This document shows positions 50,520 through 63,101 of a stretch of DNA of 64,000 nucleotides, one piece after another. Position 1 is the first letter of the stretch. Each line of letters begins with the position of its first letter. A model generated the notes under the pieces. That model ran no database searches. It saw nothing but the letters and a program-made list of their open reading frames with translations, and had not been told where the DNA came from. Position numbers and translations under genes: made by a program. Source of the DNA: Pavona decussata (lineage: Eukaryota); assembly GCA_977016875.1 (NCBI GenBank), contig CDRNST010000004.1, forward strand, positions 806,001 to 870,000, read 5' to 3'.

Positions 50520-53500
50520 CAAAAATACGGTAATCAAAGTGATACCAAAAGGAAATGAAGCGAAATACTTGAATAGATCCTACGAATGATGTAAGCATTT
50601 GTAAGTAGATTAATTGATGTTTGCCGAGGACAGCTGTGTAACTAAATCTTGGTGGTCTTGCATATACATGGCCAATACTTTTAAGCTCAGGCTGATGGAC
50701 ACCAAAGAGGTCCCAAAAACATAGAATGATATAAATCCTGTCAATCAACAGAGAAATATACCCTTTGTGTATCAACCATAAATTGAAGCTCTATAAAGCA
50801 CACCCCATCAACACTCCTTTATAAGCCTGGCTCACTAAACACAGGGATACCAATGTCAGTTTCTCTCTACAACAAAAGTTGGTATTCATTGAGGAGATCA
50901 TTTTGCCATGGTAGGTTGAACATTGTAACTTGTTTTTTAAGTTACATGTAGTCTTGAGGTAAACACTGGTCATTTGAAATGACCTCGCACCCACTTCCTT
51001 CTTTATAATAAGTCCACCTTCTCAAGGCTTAAGAATTAATGATAACTTTAGTATGCCTGACTGGTGATACAGTCCAAGCCACACAACATCCAAGCAATAA
51101 ATCAAACTCAATTTATTTTGAGCACTTACATCTGCTGGAATTGTAAATTTAAGCTCCCTGGAAATATGACACTCAAGGTGACTCTTTGTGTTGGAGGTGG
51201 TGGGGGCCGCGATGGAAGCACTTTCTTCTTGTTCGCCAGTATTGGAAACTGTAGGTGCCCTAAGCTCTGTGGGTGATGAGTCGTCTGCTCCATGTTTATC
51301 ATGAAAAGTATCATCTCCCTCCTCTTTGGTTGGTGTAATTTTTAATGTTTGTGGTGTAAATGGTGCCAGTTTGGCAGGATCTCTTGTGGCTAAATTATTT
51401 AACTACAAAGAGATTGTTGAGGTTCTAATGATAATGATATAAGTAACTAAATTAATTTAATACACTCTCTAAATTTACTACACTAAGACTAATCCAGGCA
51501 CTCAAGAGTCCAATTATATTATCGTGGTTGTGACTTTCAATCTGTGGAAGTCACTGCTCCTGTGATGTGGTCCTTTTTACTCATCAAATTTTGTCTACTT
51601 ATTTTTAACTTTTTGTTTTACATTTTCCTGTGTCAATTTCAATGTAAGGCGCTGTTGTGAGTGAAAAGTGGCATTTTGATTACCTTTTGAAAGGCCTTTT
51701 TAAGGTGCTGCAATTCCTCGTCTATTTTGTCCATTTTTCTTTCAAGCTTTCTACAGCCATCACATTTAGTGTTGTACATGTTCTTGTTTTGTGGCGAGCG
51801 TGATAGGAGTGATGCATGTGGTAGAGGTGTCAATGAGGATGAGGACGATGGACCTGGGCCTGGAGACACTGTAGTCCCAGGGCTTTGAGATGGCTGCAGT
51901 GGTGGTCATGTGACTACTGGAGGTTTGACAACAGAAGGTGTCCCGCTCAGCAAGTTCTTTAAGTTCTAAACCTCAACCAACTTTCTACAGTCACCCATTT
52001 TCTTAGTCTGTAAATAAATACAATATATATTTTCTCTAACCCTCTGGCTACAATGTAAATGTACTGTAAACAAACTGTAGTGACATACATGCACTGTCTT
52101 ATTTTTTACTTACTGCTAAGTCAAGCGCAATGAAATATATTCATCACACTTTTAAGAAATTTCTTTAATCAGAGGACTCATGTTTATTAAACGGACTCCA
52201 AGATTACCTTGTTACGGTTTTTATTTGCCTTTGAAAGTGGTACTTTCTTTCGACAGGTCTTCACATTCATGGATGCAGGCTCTGTAGGTTCTGTAGGCAT
52301 GGATCATATCAATATTATAGGAAAACAATATTATTAATTGAAAGGAACATTTTGTTTGGGCTATTTACAAGTACATCCCTGCAATAATTTTTTACTTTGT
52401 TCCTAACATCAGTGTCCAATTTAGTGTAGTGGCATTTAAAAATTACTGACCTTCATCTTTATCTAAAACTTTTCTTTGTCCACCTTTTTGTTTCTTACTT
52501 TTTTCACGGTCATCCTCATCACTAGAAATATCATCTAGTAAGTTATCTGTGGAGTCCATTCATCATCGCCCTCATCAATCTCGCAGCTTGCCATCATATT
52601 TGGTTTGGTCTTAAAATAAAAATAATTCATTGAGTCAATAATAAAATAATTTGGGCAAAACAATTAAAACTCCATGGCTTGGGTCACTGAGTTCCTTAAA
52701 ATTGTTTCATGGTTTTCAGTAACTTACCTTAACCAATAAATATCAAAGCTCAACCAACAAATGTTTCACTTCGCAGTCTTAGCTGGGTCATGCAGGTGAC
52801 AGTAATTTTTTTGCCCAAACTCTACACATACTTTAAAGAGGTTTTAGAACCCTGGTCATTGTATCATGAAATGGTCTATTGTTCAGGCTCAACTTTTGGC
52901 CATTGTGCCATTAGACAATAGTCCTTTTGTCCTTGGTGGCAGTGAGGGACTTTGGTTGAAGCTAAGCGGAAAAGCGCACGACTGATTGGGAAATTGTCGG
53001 CGTAACAATTTAGCTGTATTGGGGGAGTGAATAGTGTAAATTTGCACTCGTCAGGTCAATTGTCGCTGGTGTACCCCAAGGAGAATTGACCACCGGTGCG
53101 CGCATGCGCGCATCGGACTGATTAGAAATTAGAGAGTTAAAACAACAACATCAACAAAAAAAACAGCATGTCCGCATGTGTCTTATTCAGTTCGACCACC
53201 TCTCAATAAAATGCCTGGTTTAACTCGCAGCACTAAAACATTTATATGTGTGAACAAAACTGCAGGCTACCTACTTGAGAGACTCACCACCGCGCTAAAG
53301 TCACCTTGGCTGCGTATCAACTTGCATTCTGACAAACTACTTAAACATGCATTCCTCTTAATTTCAAATGTCTCGATATTAGCTAAACTCAAAATAAATA
53401 TTTACCAATTTCCCGCAGTTCCCAAAATGTGGGCTGCTCAGTGATGAATAGAGCTGCAAGCAACACCATCTGATCCCTGAAAAGGTGACAGAAATCATAA

Positions 53501-54190
53501 AATCAACACAGGACGGCTTAAACAAGCATCAAGCTTGAAATACTTCAGCTATGAAAACTCCAAAAATCACTACCTACCAACGAACAAAGTCATTTTCTGC
53601 CGGTGGCCTTGCCTGAAAATGAGTGCAAATGAAAAGAAATGTTTATTAAGCCCAAATGCATTCCCAGCCCATTTGAAAGTGCTACACAGCATGAATACCT
53701 TGACAAGTTCTTTGCATTTGGCAACATAGTACACAAACCAAAAGTAAAGCTTCTTTGATTCTTTCATTATTTACTGTATACACATAACTTTTATATACCA
53801 ATTTTTGTTACTCGAACCGGATGAGATGATTGAGGCAGCTTTGCCGTATTATAGTCAGTTTTGGTGCACTGAAGTCGCAAGTTGCTTTGTCAATATTCCT
53901 CACCCAGGAGCCAAATTCCTGGTAAAGTTCCTCATTTTACTAAATATATATACCAATTAAATACAAAACTTTTACTTACAGCATCTAACAGGTCTAAATG
54001 ACCCTCCAGGTAACTCCCCATTTCTTCTAGGAAGTCCGCGATGTCCACATCTCTAAATGTAAGCTAAAAGGATCGTTTAGGATAGTTAAAGTTCCAATTT
54101 TTAAATCTCAAATACGGCGCTGCTGAACAATTGAATTGAAGGCCTCTTACCGATCTCGACTGCTCCCGCTCGGACATTTCTATGCCAAAA
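50520..54190 (-). pseudogene. Degraded multi-exon gene, possibly a TE accessory gene (acidic and S/P-rich linkers, CxxC + coiled-coil)
   Basis: Several short AG/GT-bounded minus-strand segments, e.g. ~53980-54063 DVDIADFLEEMG, ~53820-53930, and 51680-52010 CDGCRKLERKMDKIDEEL. No domain confidently identified. Confidence 0.3.
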
Positions 54191-55394
54191 GTTACTAGCA
54201 AAATCCTTCAATTTCGAATTTACTGGAACAAAAATACCGGTACCCAGAGCGCATGATTGAAGTCTCATGGATCAGAAATGTGAAACTGGACACCACTTAG
54301 GCCTCAGGCTCTATCGGCTATGAGGGATGAGGATACCACCTGACCGGCAGTCGTTCAATAGTCTGGGTACGATTAAAGAAAGTGGCACACAGAGGCTGAA
54401 TTTAGCGTAAATTTCAAGATTCCTTGAATTGAAAAGGAATGTGAAAATTGTTGCTGGTTGAAGCTTCGAACTTTGAGAAAGGAAGATGTCTTATTTAATG
54501 CTTTTAATATTTCCTTTCATTGCAGGCAAAATATTTTGCAACTTCAAGTTTTCTTAACCCCTCATTTTTTTACTAATTTTTGCTAAAAATTGACATGGAC
54601 AGAGAAAATGGCTAACAAAAGCTTAGGTTCCCATCCAAGCCATACATAACCATATATTTCTAGAAAGTAGATGAGTTTAGCATCTTGAAAATGTAAACAT
54701 CGTGTTGTTAATTATTAAGTAGTCTGGTTAGTCATTCAAAATGTCTGCCAAAAAAGAAGAAATATCACATTTGCTATTGTGGGTCCAAGTTTATTACCCT
54801 CCATACAAGCAACTGATAACTATCAGTGTATCACTTGAATAATGTATAAGCTACAACAATCAGCAATATTGTTTTTCATTCTTGAATCACACTTGTCAAA
54901 AAATATAGTTGGACTGATATCAACCTCAGAGGCACGAGTCAGTCCATGGTCGGGGTCGGAAAAATGTAGTTAGTCTGTATTGTCATAACAATCTCTTTTG
55001 GCAAATTCAGTAATAAAGTGTAGAGTCTGTTCTTTTTCATGAACTCAAATCACGTTGATAATAAAGATATTTATGAGCTGCCAAAGACTTGTTAGAGGGA
55101 GACTTATTTAATCTTGTGCATTGGTCATGACTTTTATTAGATTGAGCAGTTTTTCTTTTACTGGTGGATCTTTCTGAGTCACACGTCTGTTAACACCATG
55201 CACATGTGGTAACTTTTGAACCTAAAAAAAAAAATTAATAAGAGAATGAAGTTTGACCAACAAATTAATACTGGTACAGTTTTCAATCAATTGAAAAAAA
55301 TTCAATGCAACCATGTAATTCCACTCCACTTAGTATCTAGAGTACAAAACTAGGCCCTTACAGTGTAAACATTACCGATGATGGTAATGTCAAT

Positions 55395-55677
55395 TATTTA
55401 ACAATTAGACGGCAAACTCGGGGTTTCTATTGGCTGATAGTTGGCAAGGGGCAAAGCCCCGAGCCAACTATCAAATGCGATAGAAACCGAGAGCGAGCCG
55501 TCTAATTGTTTTAGCATACCTCAGTGATTGATCTATCAAAAAAAAAAATTTTTTTAGCTCATTAAGTTTGATAAATTTGTGCCATCTCCAGGTGCCATCT
55601 ATCGATTGATAAATGACACCTGCATAGCCAATCAGATTACGCGTTTAGGTGATAGTCAGGCACTGAGGTATGCTAAT
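55395..55677. mobile_element. Palindromic non-autonomous element (Crypton-like MITE)
   Basis: Long hairpin aacaattagacggc...gccgtctaattgtt (55400-55510), followed by inverted pair ttagcatacctcagtg / cactgaggtatgctaa. Confidence 0.55.
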
Positions 55678-56130
55678 GAGCCTGATCCTACCAGGTCACC
55701 AAAATACTGCAAGATGCATGAAATATACAGTCTGTGGTAGTAAACACTAAAATATCTTACTCTTGAGCTAGTTTTATTTATTTGACATTGCCTCCTATCT
55801 TTCTTCCTCATTGTCATTGTAGGTAGTTTATGCTGCCATGGTCTTCACTTTTTCTGTTGCAGCTTCTTTTGGTGCACAGCAGGTTGTTGACTCTAGCAAA
55901 CAATGTTCTATTCTCTTTCTCCATTACTTGTGCGCTGTACTTTGACTGCCGACCTCTCTTCTGTGTACCACAGTGGAACATGCAAGACTGCTCATAGTTT
56001 CTTTTTTTTCCACTGGCTGACAGTTTAATTTTGAAGTGCTAGCATATTTTTCCAGAAACTGGGGCATGTGATACACGAGCTGCAAAAAGAATGTAAGAGT
56101 GATTGTTAAGGTATGATTTTACTACAGTTG

Positions 56131-56292
56131 NNNNNNNNNNNNNNNNNNNNNNNNNNNNNNNNNNNNNNNNNNNNNNNNNNNNNNNNNNNNNNNNNNNNNN
56201 NNNNNNNNNNNNNNNNNNNNNNNNNNNNNNNNNNNNNNNNNNNNNNNNNNNNNNNNNNNNNNNNNNNNNNNNNNNNNNNNNNNNNNNNNNNN
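56131..56292. other. Assembly gap (N run)
   Basis: 162 Ns. Confidence 1.
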
Positions 56293-56676
56293 CGACTTCT
56301 AGTTGTCTGGCAAATTATTGTTTTGTTACCAATGATTAAATTCTCTAATTGAAAAGCTTAAAATTCATTACTGTTTTCAATTTTATTAGGAAAAGCAAAG
56401 CATCACCCCTATGTTCACTACCCACTCCGTCTTCGTGCACTGGGAGTCCGTCTTCGTGCACTTGACCAGGGTCACCTGCTGGTTGCTGATGGCGACGGCG
56501 ACGGCTTGGCACAGAGACGAGGGACTCTAGGGCCTGTTGACTTGGACGTTTTTGGCGTTGTGAACGACGAGGAGGCATCTGTGAAAGAAAAACCACAACG
56601 AAGGCAAAGAGACCCAGAGGCCTAAGGGGTATTTGATAATCGACTAGGAAAAAGGGGGGGGGGGGGGGGAATAAAT

Positions 56677-57410
56677 TAGAGCAACAGGGCTCTAATCATT
56701 GTAATCAAAATAAAAACAGAGCAACAGGGGCTCTAATCATTGTAATCAAAATAAAAACAGAGCAACAGGGGCTCTAATCATTGTAATCAAAATAAAAACA
56801 GTGCAACAGGGGCTCTAATCATTGTAACAAATGAGACACAAGACCTCAATGAATCATAATAAAAACAGAGCGACAGGGGCTCTAATCATTGTAATCAAAA
56901 TAAAAACATAGCAACAGGGGCTCTAATCATTGTATCAAATAAGACACAAGGCCTCAATGAATCAAAATAAAAACAGAGCAACAAGGGCTCTAATTATTGT
57001 AATCAAAATAAAAACAGAGCAACAGGGGCTCTAATCATTGTAATCAAAATAAAAACAGAGCAACAGGGGCTCTAATCATTGTAACAAATGAGACACAAGG
57101 CCTCAATGAGTCGTAATAAAAACAGAGCAACAGGGGCTCTAGTCATTGTAAAAAATGAGACACAAAGCCTCAATGAATCCAAATAAAAACAGAGCAACAG
57201 GGGCTCTAATCATTGTAACAAATGAGACAGGAGGCCTCAATGAATCATAAGAAAAACAGAGCAACAGGGGCTCTAATCATTGTAAAAAATGAGACAAAAG
57301 GCCTCAATGAATCCAAACAAAAACAGAGCAACAGGGGCTCTAATCATTGTAAAAAGTGAGACACGAGGCCTCAGTGACTTAAAAGAAAACAGAGCAACAG
57401 GGGCTCTAAA
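56677..57410. repeat. Tandem array of 14 AGAGCAACAGGGGCTCT cores in ~41-bp and ~67-bp units
   Basis: Cores at about 56677, 56718, 56759, 56800, 56867, 56908, 56975, 57016, 57057, 57124, 57191, 57258, 57325 and 57391. Confidence 0.95.
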
Positions 57411-57639
57411 CAAATGTAAACATGGACAAGCATGGCTGACCAAAGGTCGCCGCAACAGCAAGTCCGTAAAAAAGAAATCGGGAACACAGGTCCCCAAATA
57501 AACATGATGCGTATAATAAAGTGTTAAATAAAACATGAGGCAAAAACCGCTAGCTACCAAGAAAGAAAAGCAATGAAGGGGTGGGTGGGGAGGTACCAAA
57601 TAGGAAAGGACAAACGTAAACGCCCTAAATTTACTTAGC

Positions 57640-58224
57640 AAGCATTGTAAACGCCTTGATAATGGCGCCTCGATAGCTGTGATACAGCCAATACTGGCCC
57701 ACGGAATTCACGTGAGCGCCATCGGGCAAATAAGGATCACTACTGGGTTCTCAAAAGCCGACATGGCGCCAACAGAAAACGCTTTCTTGTTCGCCTAAAA
57801 CAACTTGCAGGTAATTGTTTAAAATCGGCACCGCCTTGTTGAAATCCGACCTATGTGGAGACTTTGTTCCACGAGGGAGGACCTCAGAGACGCCAACGAT
57901 TTTCACTGCGAAGGAACAGCGAAGGAAACGAACAAAATCATCAATAGCAGAACCTACGACCTCGGGTGCACTGACAGTTAAATCATTGGTTCCAATTTCG
58001 AGAATGACAATGTCTGGGGCAAACTCAGTAAGGACACCCAGGTCGTATTTGATCAATTTCTGGACCGTGCGTCCGCCGGTGCCATGTAAACGCACGTGGA
58101 CTTGCCCCTGTAGGTTAAAAGTCTCGGAGGCTCGCGGATCGAAATCGTTCTTAAGATCATGAGCTAATCGACGTACGAAAGAATGACCTAAAACGAGAAC
58201 TTTTGGAGAAAGTGTAGCTTCCAT
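57640..58224 (-). CDS. SGNH/GDSL-like hydrolase of retroelement type (frameshift near C-terminus)
   Basis: Blocks VLVLGHSFVRRL, GTGG and DIVILEIGTNDL. After a frameshift at ~57750: PDGAHVNSRGQYWLY..YRGAI. Confidence 0.75.
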
Positions 58225-59427
58225 CTTGCCAACAGAAAAATTGCTTAACGTAGCGCCATGCGGTCCGGAAATAAAGCAAGGCAAAACGAAACAAGTAGGG
58301 AAAAAATTGGTAAATAAACGCAATGAAGGGGAACGTAACCCCAACAAAGAAAATTCAGAACACAATAGAGTGAAATAGAGGGGAAAAACCGGGAACCGGT
58401 GGATTATATAGGCTTACCTTGAAAGAACAAAAGCACGTCTTAATCCGCTGCTGAACCAAGACGAATGACTATGGTATGATCATATTGATCATATGACTGA
58501 AACAAGCACCTAAAGGGGGCTATACGTTATTCCAATTCTTCCCCAAGACCCAGGACCACTCAATCCAATTGATTACTAACAAAGGCGGGAAAAGGCATAA
58601 AAATTCTATTTGCGGGCAAATATTTTATTTACAGATCAACAATTTTGTTCAAATTTATGAGAGTTGTTTTCAAACAAGGGTTTCAGGTTTGTGAATTCTA
58701 CATTACTGCAACATAGTCATGTAATCAAGTCTTGTCCACGTTGTTTGAGATGTCCCTTCTTCACTCTGCACTTCGAAAAACTTGAAAGGAACATTGATTT
58801 TCTCCAACTCTGTTTCAAGAACACCTTTCCTTTTGTGGTTACGGACCAGTTCGAAAACGTGTGACAAAATGTTTGGAGAGAGAAAGTTTTAAAGAGTCAT
58901 ACCACTTTATATTTATTTAAGTTCCACTAGAGGACTGAGTCTTGAAATGACTAATGGTAACTTCAAAATAAGCAGTGGCAGTTCATATACTTCTGTCAAC
59001 TTAAGTGTCATATCATTATATAGCAAACTTACTTGTAAAGTCAGCAATTTTTTGCCTTAATGCAGTAGCACCATATGCAGACGAATTTCGCTGTAGCTGA
59101 GTTTAGTCCATAAACCATTGCAAGAAATTTCCAATCGGAACAGCAGAACCTACATGTGGGAAAGAAAACTAATTCAGCATATTTTACAAGATAGGTGAAC
59201 ATCAGGCTTATACCCATAGTAACCCATGCAAATTACGAATAGAGTCCATGTTTTTCTGCTTGAAAGCTCATAAACTTGTAACCTATAACTCAATATCAAT
59301 GCATCAACTTACCATATCACTGAATAGTGTACACCATCCACCGTTATGCCATTTTTCCTTTAGTTCTTCCACTTGTAACAAAGTGGCTCTCAGGCAGGTC
59401 TGCACTTCATCATAGTCCTCTTTTCCT

Positions 59428-59437
59428 AAAATAAATA

Positions 59438-59485
<48 letters not shown>

Positions 59486-59860
59486 TTGTATAGCACAAAT
59501 TCCATGTAAGCATGATCAAATGCCTTTTACAGGAACAAAAATCAATGTAAACAGATAACTTATGTTAAACTACAGAAGTAGAGCTTAATAATGAATAAAT
59601 ATTAACAAAGATTTAAATTCTAAACTAATGAGGTAACAAATTAAGAACATGTCTAAAAAGGTCTTAAGATTATGTTTAAAAGGTGGTAAAGATTCAAAGC
59701 CAGTGATGTTGGTAGTAAGTTGTTCCAACAATAAGGAGCAGCGGAGGATGCCTGTGTAGGTAGCATCTTGCCACTTGGGACCCTCAGCAGAAGCTGAAAA
59801 AGTATTTTTTTTCTTTCTAATGTCTTCACTTTACATTCAGGAATTAAAGTACTGCAGCGG
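59428..59860 (-). mobile_element. L2 LINE 3' fragment with (ATT)n tail
   Basis: LLRVP..SSAAP..WNNL..FKHNLKTFL ORF2 end. Tail tgtaaaaggcatttga..tgctatacaaatt(att)n, seen as an (AAT)n microsatellite at ~59437-59484. Confidence 0.85.
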
Positions 59861-60338
59861 TGCTTAGTGGAACATTTAAAGAAAGATATACATTTTTGCA
59901 TACATGCCATTACCATTATACAAAGCAATGGTGTACTGATGGTCACATCCATGGTTTTTCTCTTCTAATACGCTAAACACAGCCATAACTACCAATTTTG
60001 TTGCTGGTTCTTCCACCATCAGCAGCAAAGCGAAGATTGATTTTGTTACCATTTGCTTGTACAGCTTCTCTAACATCCTGGATAAACAGGAGCTGCTCAA
60101 GCAATTCCCTTATGTCCCGCCATGCACCATCACCTTTTTTTGCCTGAATGATATAATTTCAAATTGACTTGTAAGAATGATTATGTGAATTTCGTAATAA
60201 AAGCCAAGGTTAAAATGTGTTCCAAACCAAAGGATAAGGGGAGCCAAGTGGCCTAGGAGAGCCAAGTGACTCATCAGTGCCCTGGTGCCCTGCCCTCAGT
60301 GCCCTGGTGATCAACTCTCGTTCTAAACTATCAGTTAA

Positions 60339-60557
60339 CCCCTAAAGCCCCCATATCTACATTCAAATTCCACATTTTCGTATGGTGTTAGTTGGGAGAA
60401 ATTGTTAAAGGATCAAAAAAATTACCCTTTAATGATCATTTACTTAATTCTCATAACCTTTTTTCTTAAGAGGAAAGCTGACATTGGTCACTGTTGGGTC
60501 TTAAAGGTTGATATTGTGAATGGAAATTTGATGTGGTCACTTTTGGGACTTAAAGGG
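60339..60557. mobile_element. piggyBac-like MITE
   Basis: TTAA at 60335-60338 and 60558-60561. CCC...GGG termini with an imperfect 13-bp TIR. Confidence 0.75.
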
Positions 60558-62535
60558 TTAAAAATCATCATTCCTCATCTAAAACATAAAATTTGGGTCA
60601 ATTCTCAGCTTCTCAGTTAAGCCCCTGTAATATTTGTCGTGAGAAGTCCCTTGTTTTAAGAGTCGAATGAGTCTATGTCATGAGTGAAGGTGATTTTTAC
60701 TCAAAATAGGCTATTGAGGTTATATAGTTCCACTCCAGCACATGCCGTTGATTCCAAGTGAGTTTGCCTGTGGTTAGCTTTTTAAATTTAGAATTGACTC
60801 TAAGACTTATTACTCATTGACTCACAAAAACCTTCAACTGATGTCATGAAGTGAAGAAAAGAAGGCCGCTTACCTCGGTGATTTGATGAATGTGCCACAA
60901 TCTTATTCTGCTTATTCCTCTCGTCTTTCAGGACATTTAGCGGGGGTATCGTGGCCCTGGCATCCTCTGGAAGAGACATCCTCAGTTCATGGTACGCCTC
61001 TCATGCCTGGAGTCCTTGGCGACAAGAACATGCTGGGTGGTTTCTTGCAATGGATGGGGCATGTCTTCCTCCTCCGCAGAGCCAAGGGGGAAAATTATCT
61101 CTTGGCCTTGAAGACTGAACTTGATCTGCGGGAACATATTATAAAGGAGTATCACTAAATAGTATTGCGAAGAAATCTTAGATACTGAGATACATCCTAT
61201 TTCCCCAGTGTTTATAAAACATTCAGATCAAGAATTTAATGTTAACTGATAACAGCTGTAAAAGGAAAAATTTCAAATTGATGTCTCCACTCTAAACAGT
61301 GCTTTCGAATGTATATGTTCTGGATCGTTTAAGTGTGGATGCAATTCAAATCCATCGAAATGTGTGTTACCAAATGTAAAAAATATCGTTCAGTTACTAC
61401 ATAGTCTACCGGGATTCTGAAATATAAAGATTTCCACTGTCGCATACATTGTATGTGCGAACGGACATAAATTTAGCTGCCTTTATAGTCCATGAGCCAA
61501 GTTCTATAAAGTGGCTAGAAATTGATTTTCGTTGCACCCCCCACGGGACATAGTGACTTTGGTATCAAATTAAAGCTTGCGGCCTGTATTTTAAAAATCT
61601 GCTTGTTGCCAATTATGTAACCTGTGCTTAAGCGAGATATGTGACTATTTCCATAGGGAGTGGGCTGGGGGATTTTGCTCCCTGAGAATTCCACACAACA
61701 TAAAATGATTCATAACTCTGCTGAAACTCAACCAATTTTATTCAAATATTGTGTGCATACATTTTATACCATCCCCAACAATTTGCATTATGTGTCAAGC
61801 ATTTAATGTTTCCATGGAAACGGTTGTCATGGAATCATTGAAGAAATGCAGATTTTTATTTTCCTGGCCAATTGATATTCAAAACTTCAATTAATTAGCA
61901 GATATCTACAAATTTCAGTCAAAAAATTCCCATTATGCCGAGAATAGACTCTCTTGAATTGACAAACTTTCATCATTATCTTTTCAACAGGATTTAAAGG
62001 TACACGACACCCATTGTTAAGACGTATGGGGAAGTAAGGAAGTACATTTTGCTGAAACTATGCAAATTTCACATCCCGTCAACCACTGGTCAATATCTCA
62101 CCAAATACGCATCAGTTATGCACCACACTCAGAATATCAACTTGGACACCTCAGAATTAGCTGTCTTGTTGTCATGGCAACAGTTACTAGGGAAATGTCT
62201 AAATACCTCATTAAGTTGCTTTTAAGGCATATTTTCCAAAGGAAAACTACTCAGAACATTAAATAACCCCTTCCAACTTGCTAGAGATCTCATATTTCAG
62301 TGAACATGTCATATTATTTAGTCATAAAACAATCTTGCTTAGCAACCAAGGACTTGTAAATCAAAATGTCTTTATCCATGCAATGCTTGTGAACTTAAAT
62401 TCCTTCAACACAAAAATTGCATCAATTGCGTGAGCAAGAATAACGGTCACAGCAGTGTGTTAAAGAAAGTAGGGCTGAACCATACGAATTAAAATAAAAA
62501 CTACATGAATGTTAATACTCATGCATATCTTCCTC

Positions 62536-63101
62536 ATTAATTAAAAGGGATTTGCTGAAGCAAAGACATGCAAAAATTACAGAGATTTAGGGCTCGACGT
62601 TTCGGAGTCATCTTGACTCCATTATCAAGAGAAAAAATCAGTTTGTGAACGCGGATATTTAAATAGGCTAGAGCTGAAAATTAACATATTAATAGATGGT
62701 TAAACAAATACTTTTGCGCGAATTGAATCAGTTTGCACGTTCAGTTCTGGTTTCAGTTTGCGTATGAATAGCATCTCATGAACGAGGCAATCAAATTTGC
62801 TGGTGCATTTCGCAAGAACTTGAAACAGTTCTAAAAAACGCTGTGGTATCTGGTCATTATGTTGGAGATGGTAGTGTTTGAAAATTGAAGACGACCCTCC
62901 ATTGTCAACCAATAATGTGTAGTATACGAATTTAAATGTAACCTGTGCGATGCAGGATATGTGGGGTATACGCGTGGGCACCTGCATGAGCGCGTAGACG
63001 GACACAAAAGAAAGTCGTCTTCAATTTACAAACACTACCATCTTCAACATAATGACCAAGATAACTCCGAAACGTCAAGCCCTAAATCTCTCTGTAATTT
63101 T
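62536..63101. mobile_element. Penelope-like element (GIY-YIG endonuclease end) in inverted arrangement
   Basis: Plus arm VVYEFKCNLCDAGYVGYTRGHLHERVDGH. Minus arm FDCLVHEMLFIRKLKPELNVQTDSIRAKVFV*. TGCATATCTTCCTC is duplicated at 62522-62535 and 63102-63115. Confidence 0.9.
62593..62631 (-). ncRNA. Minimal type I hammerhead ribozyme (U3-A8 core variant)
   Basis: Minus RNA reads CUC-UUGAUAA-U-GGAGUC-aagau-GACUCC-GAAAC-GUC-GAG. It shows stem I CUC/GAG, a 6-bp stem II, a palindromic ACGU stem III and a GUC cleavage triplet, and lies just 3' of the PLE ORF. Confidence 0.75.

Larger units (their letters stand above)
56345..58470 (-). mobile_element. Truncated tyrosine-recombinase (DIRS/Ngaro-like) retroelement: SGNH ORF, repeat array, gag-like start
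   Basis: SGNH ORF is followed by a tandem array and a basic MPPRRSQRQKRP.. N-terminus (56345-56596). RT and YR are absent, so the class is inferred. Confidence 0.45.
58640..61130 (-). mobile_element. Spliced RNase H-fold transposase remnant (RAG1/Transib-like group, tentative)
   Basis: Exons INLRFAADGGRTSNKIG..HQYTIALYNG | KEDYDEVQTCL..VEEL and ELEKINVPFKFFEV..TTWT. Many lesions. Confidence 0.4.

Noticed and set aside
56103-56352. ORFs with X runs
   Set aside because: Artefacts of the N gap.
56677-57410. CRISPR array
   Set aside because: The inter-repeat sequences are homologous to each other (two length classes), there are no cas genes, and the context is eukaryotic.
59304-59519. Poly-Tyr ORF
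   Set aside because: It reads through the (ATT)n tail of an L2 fragment. Only the KEDYDEV.. part is a plausible exon.
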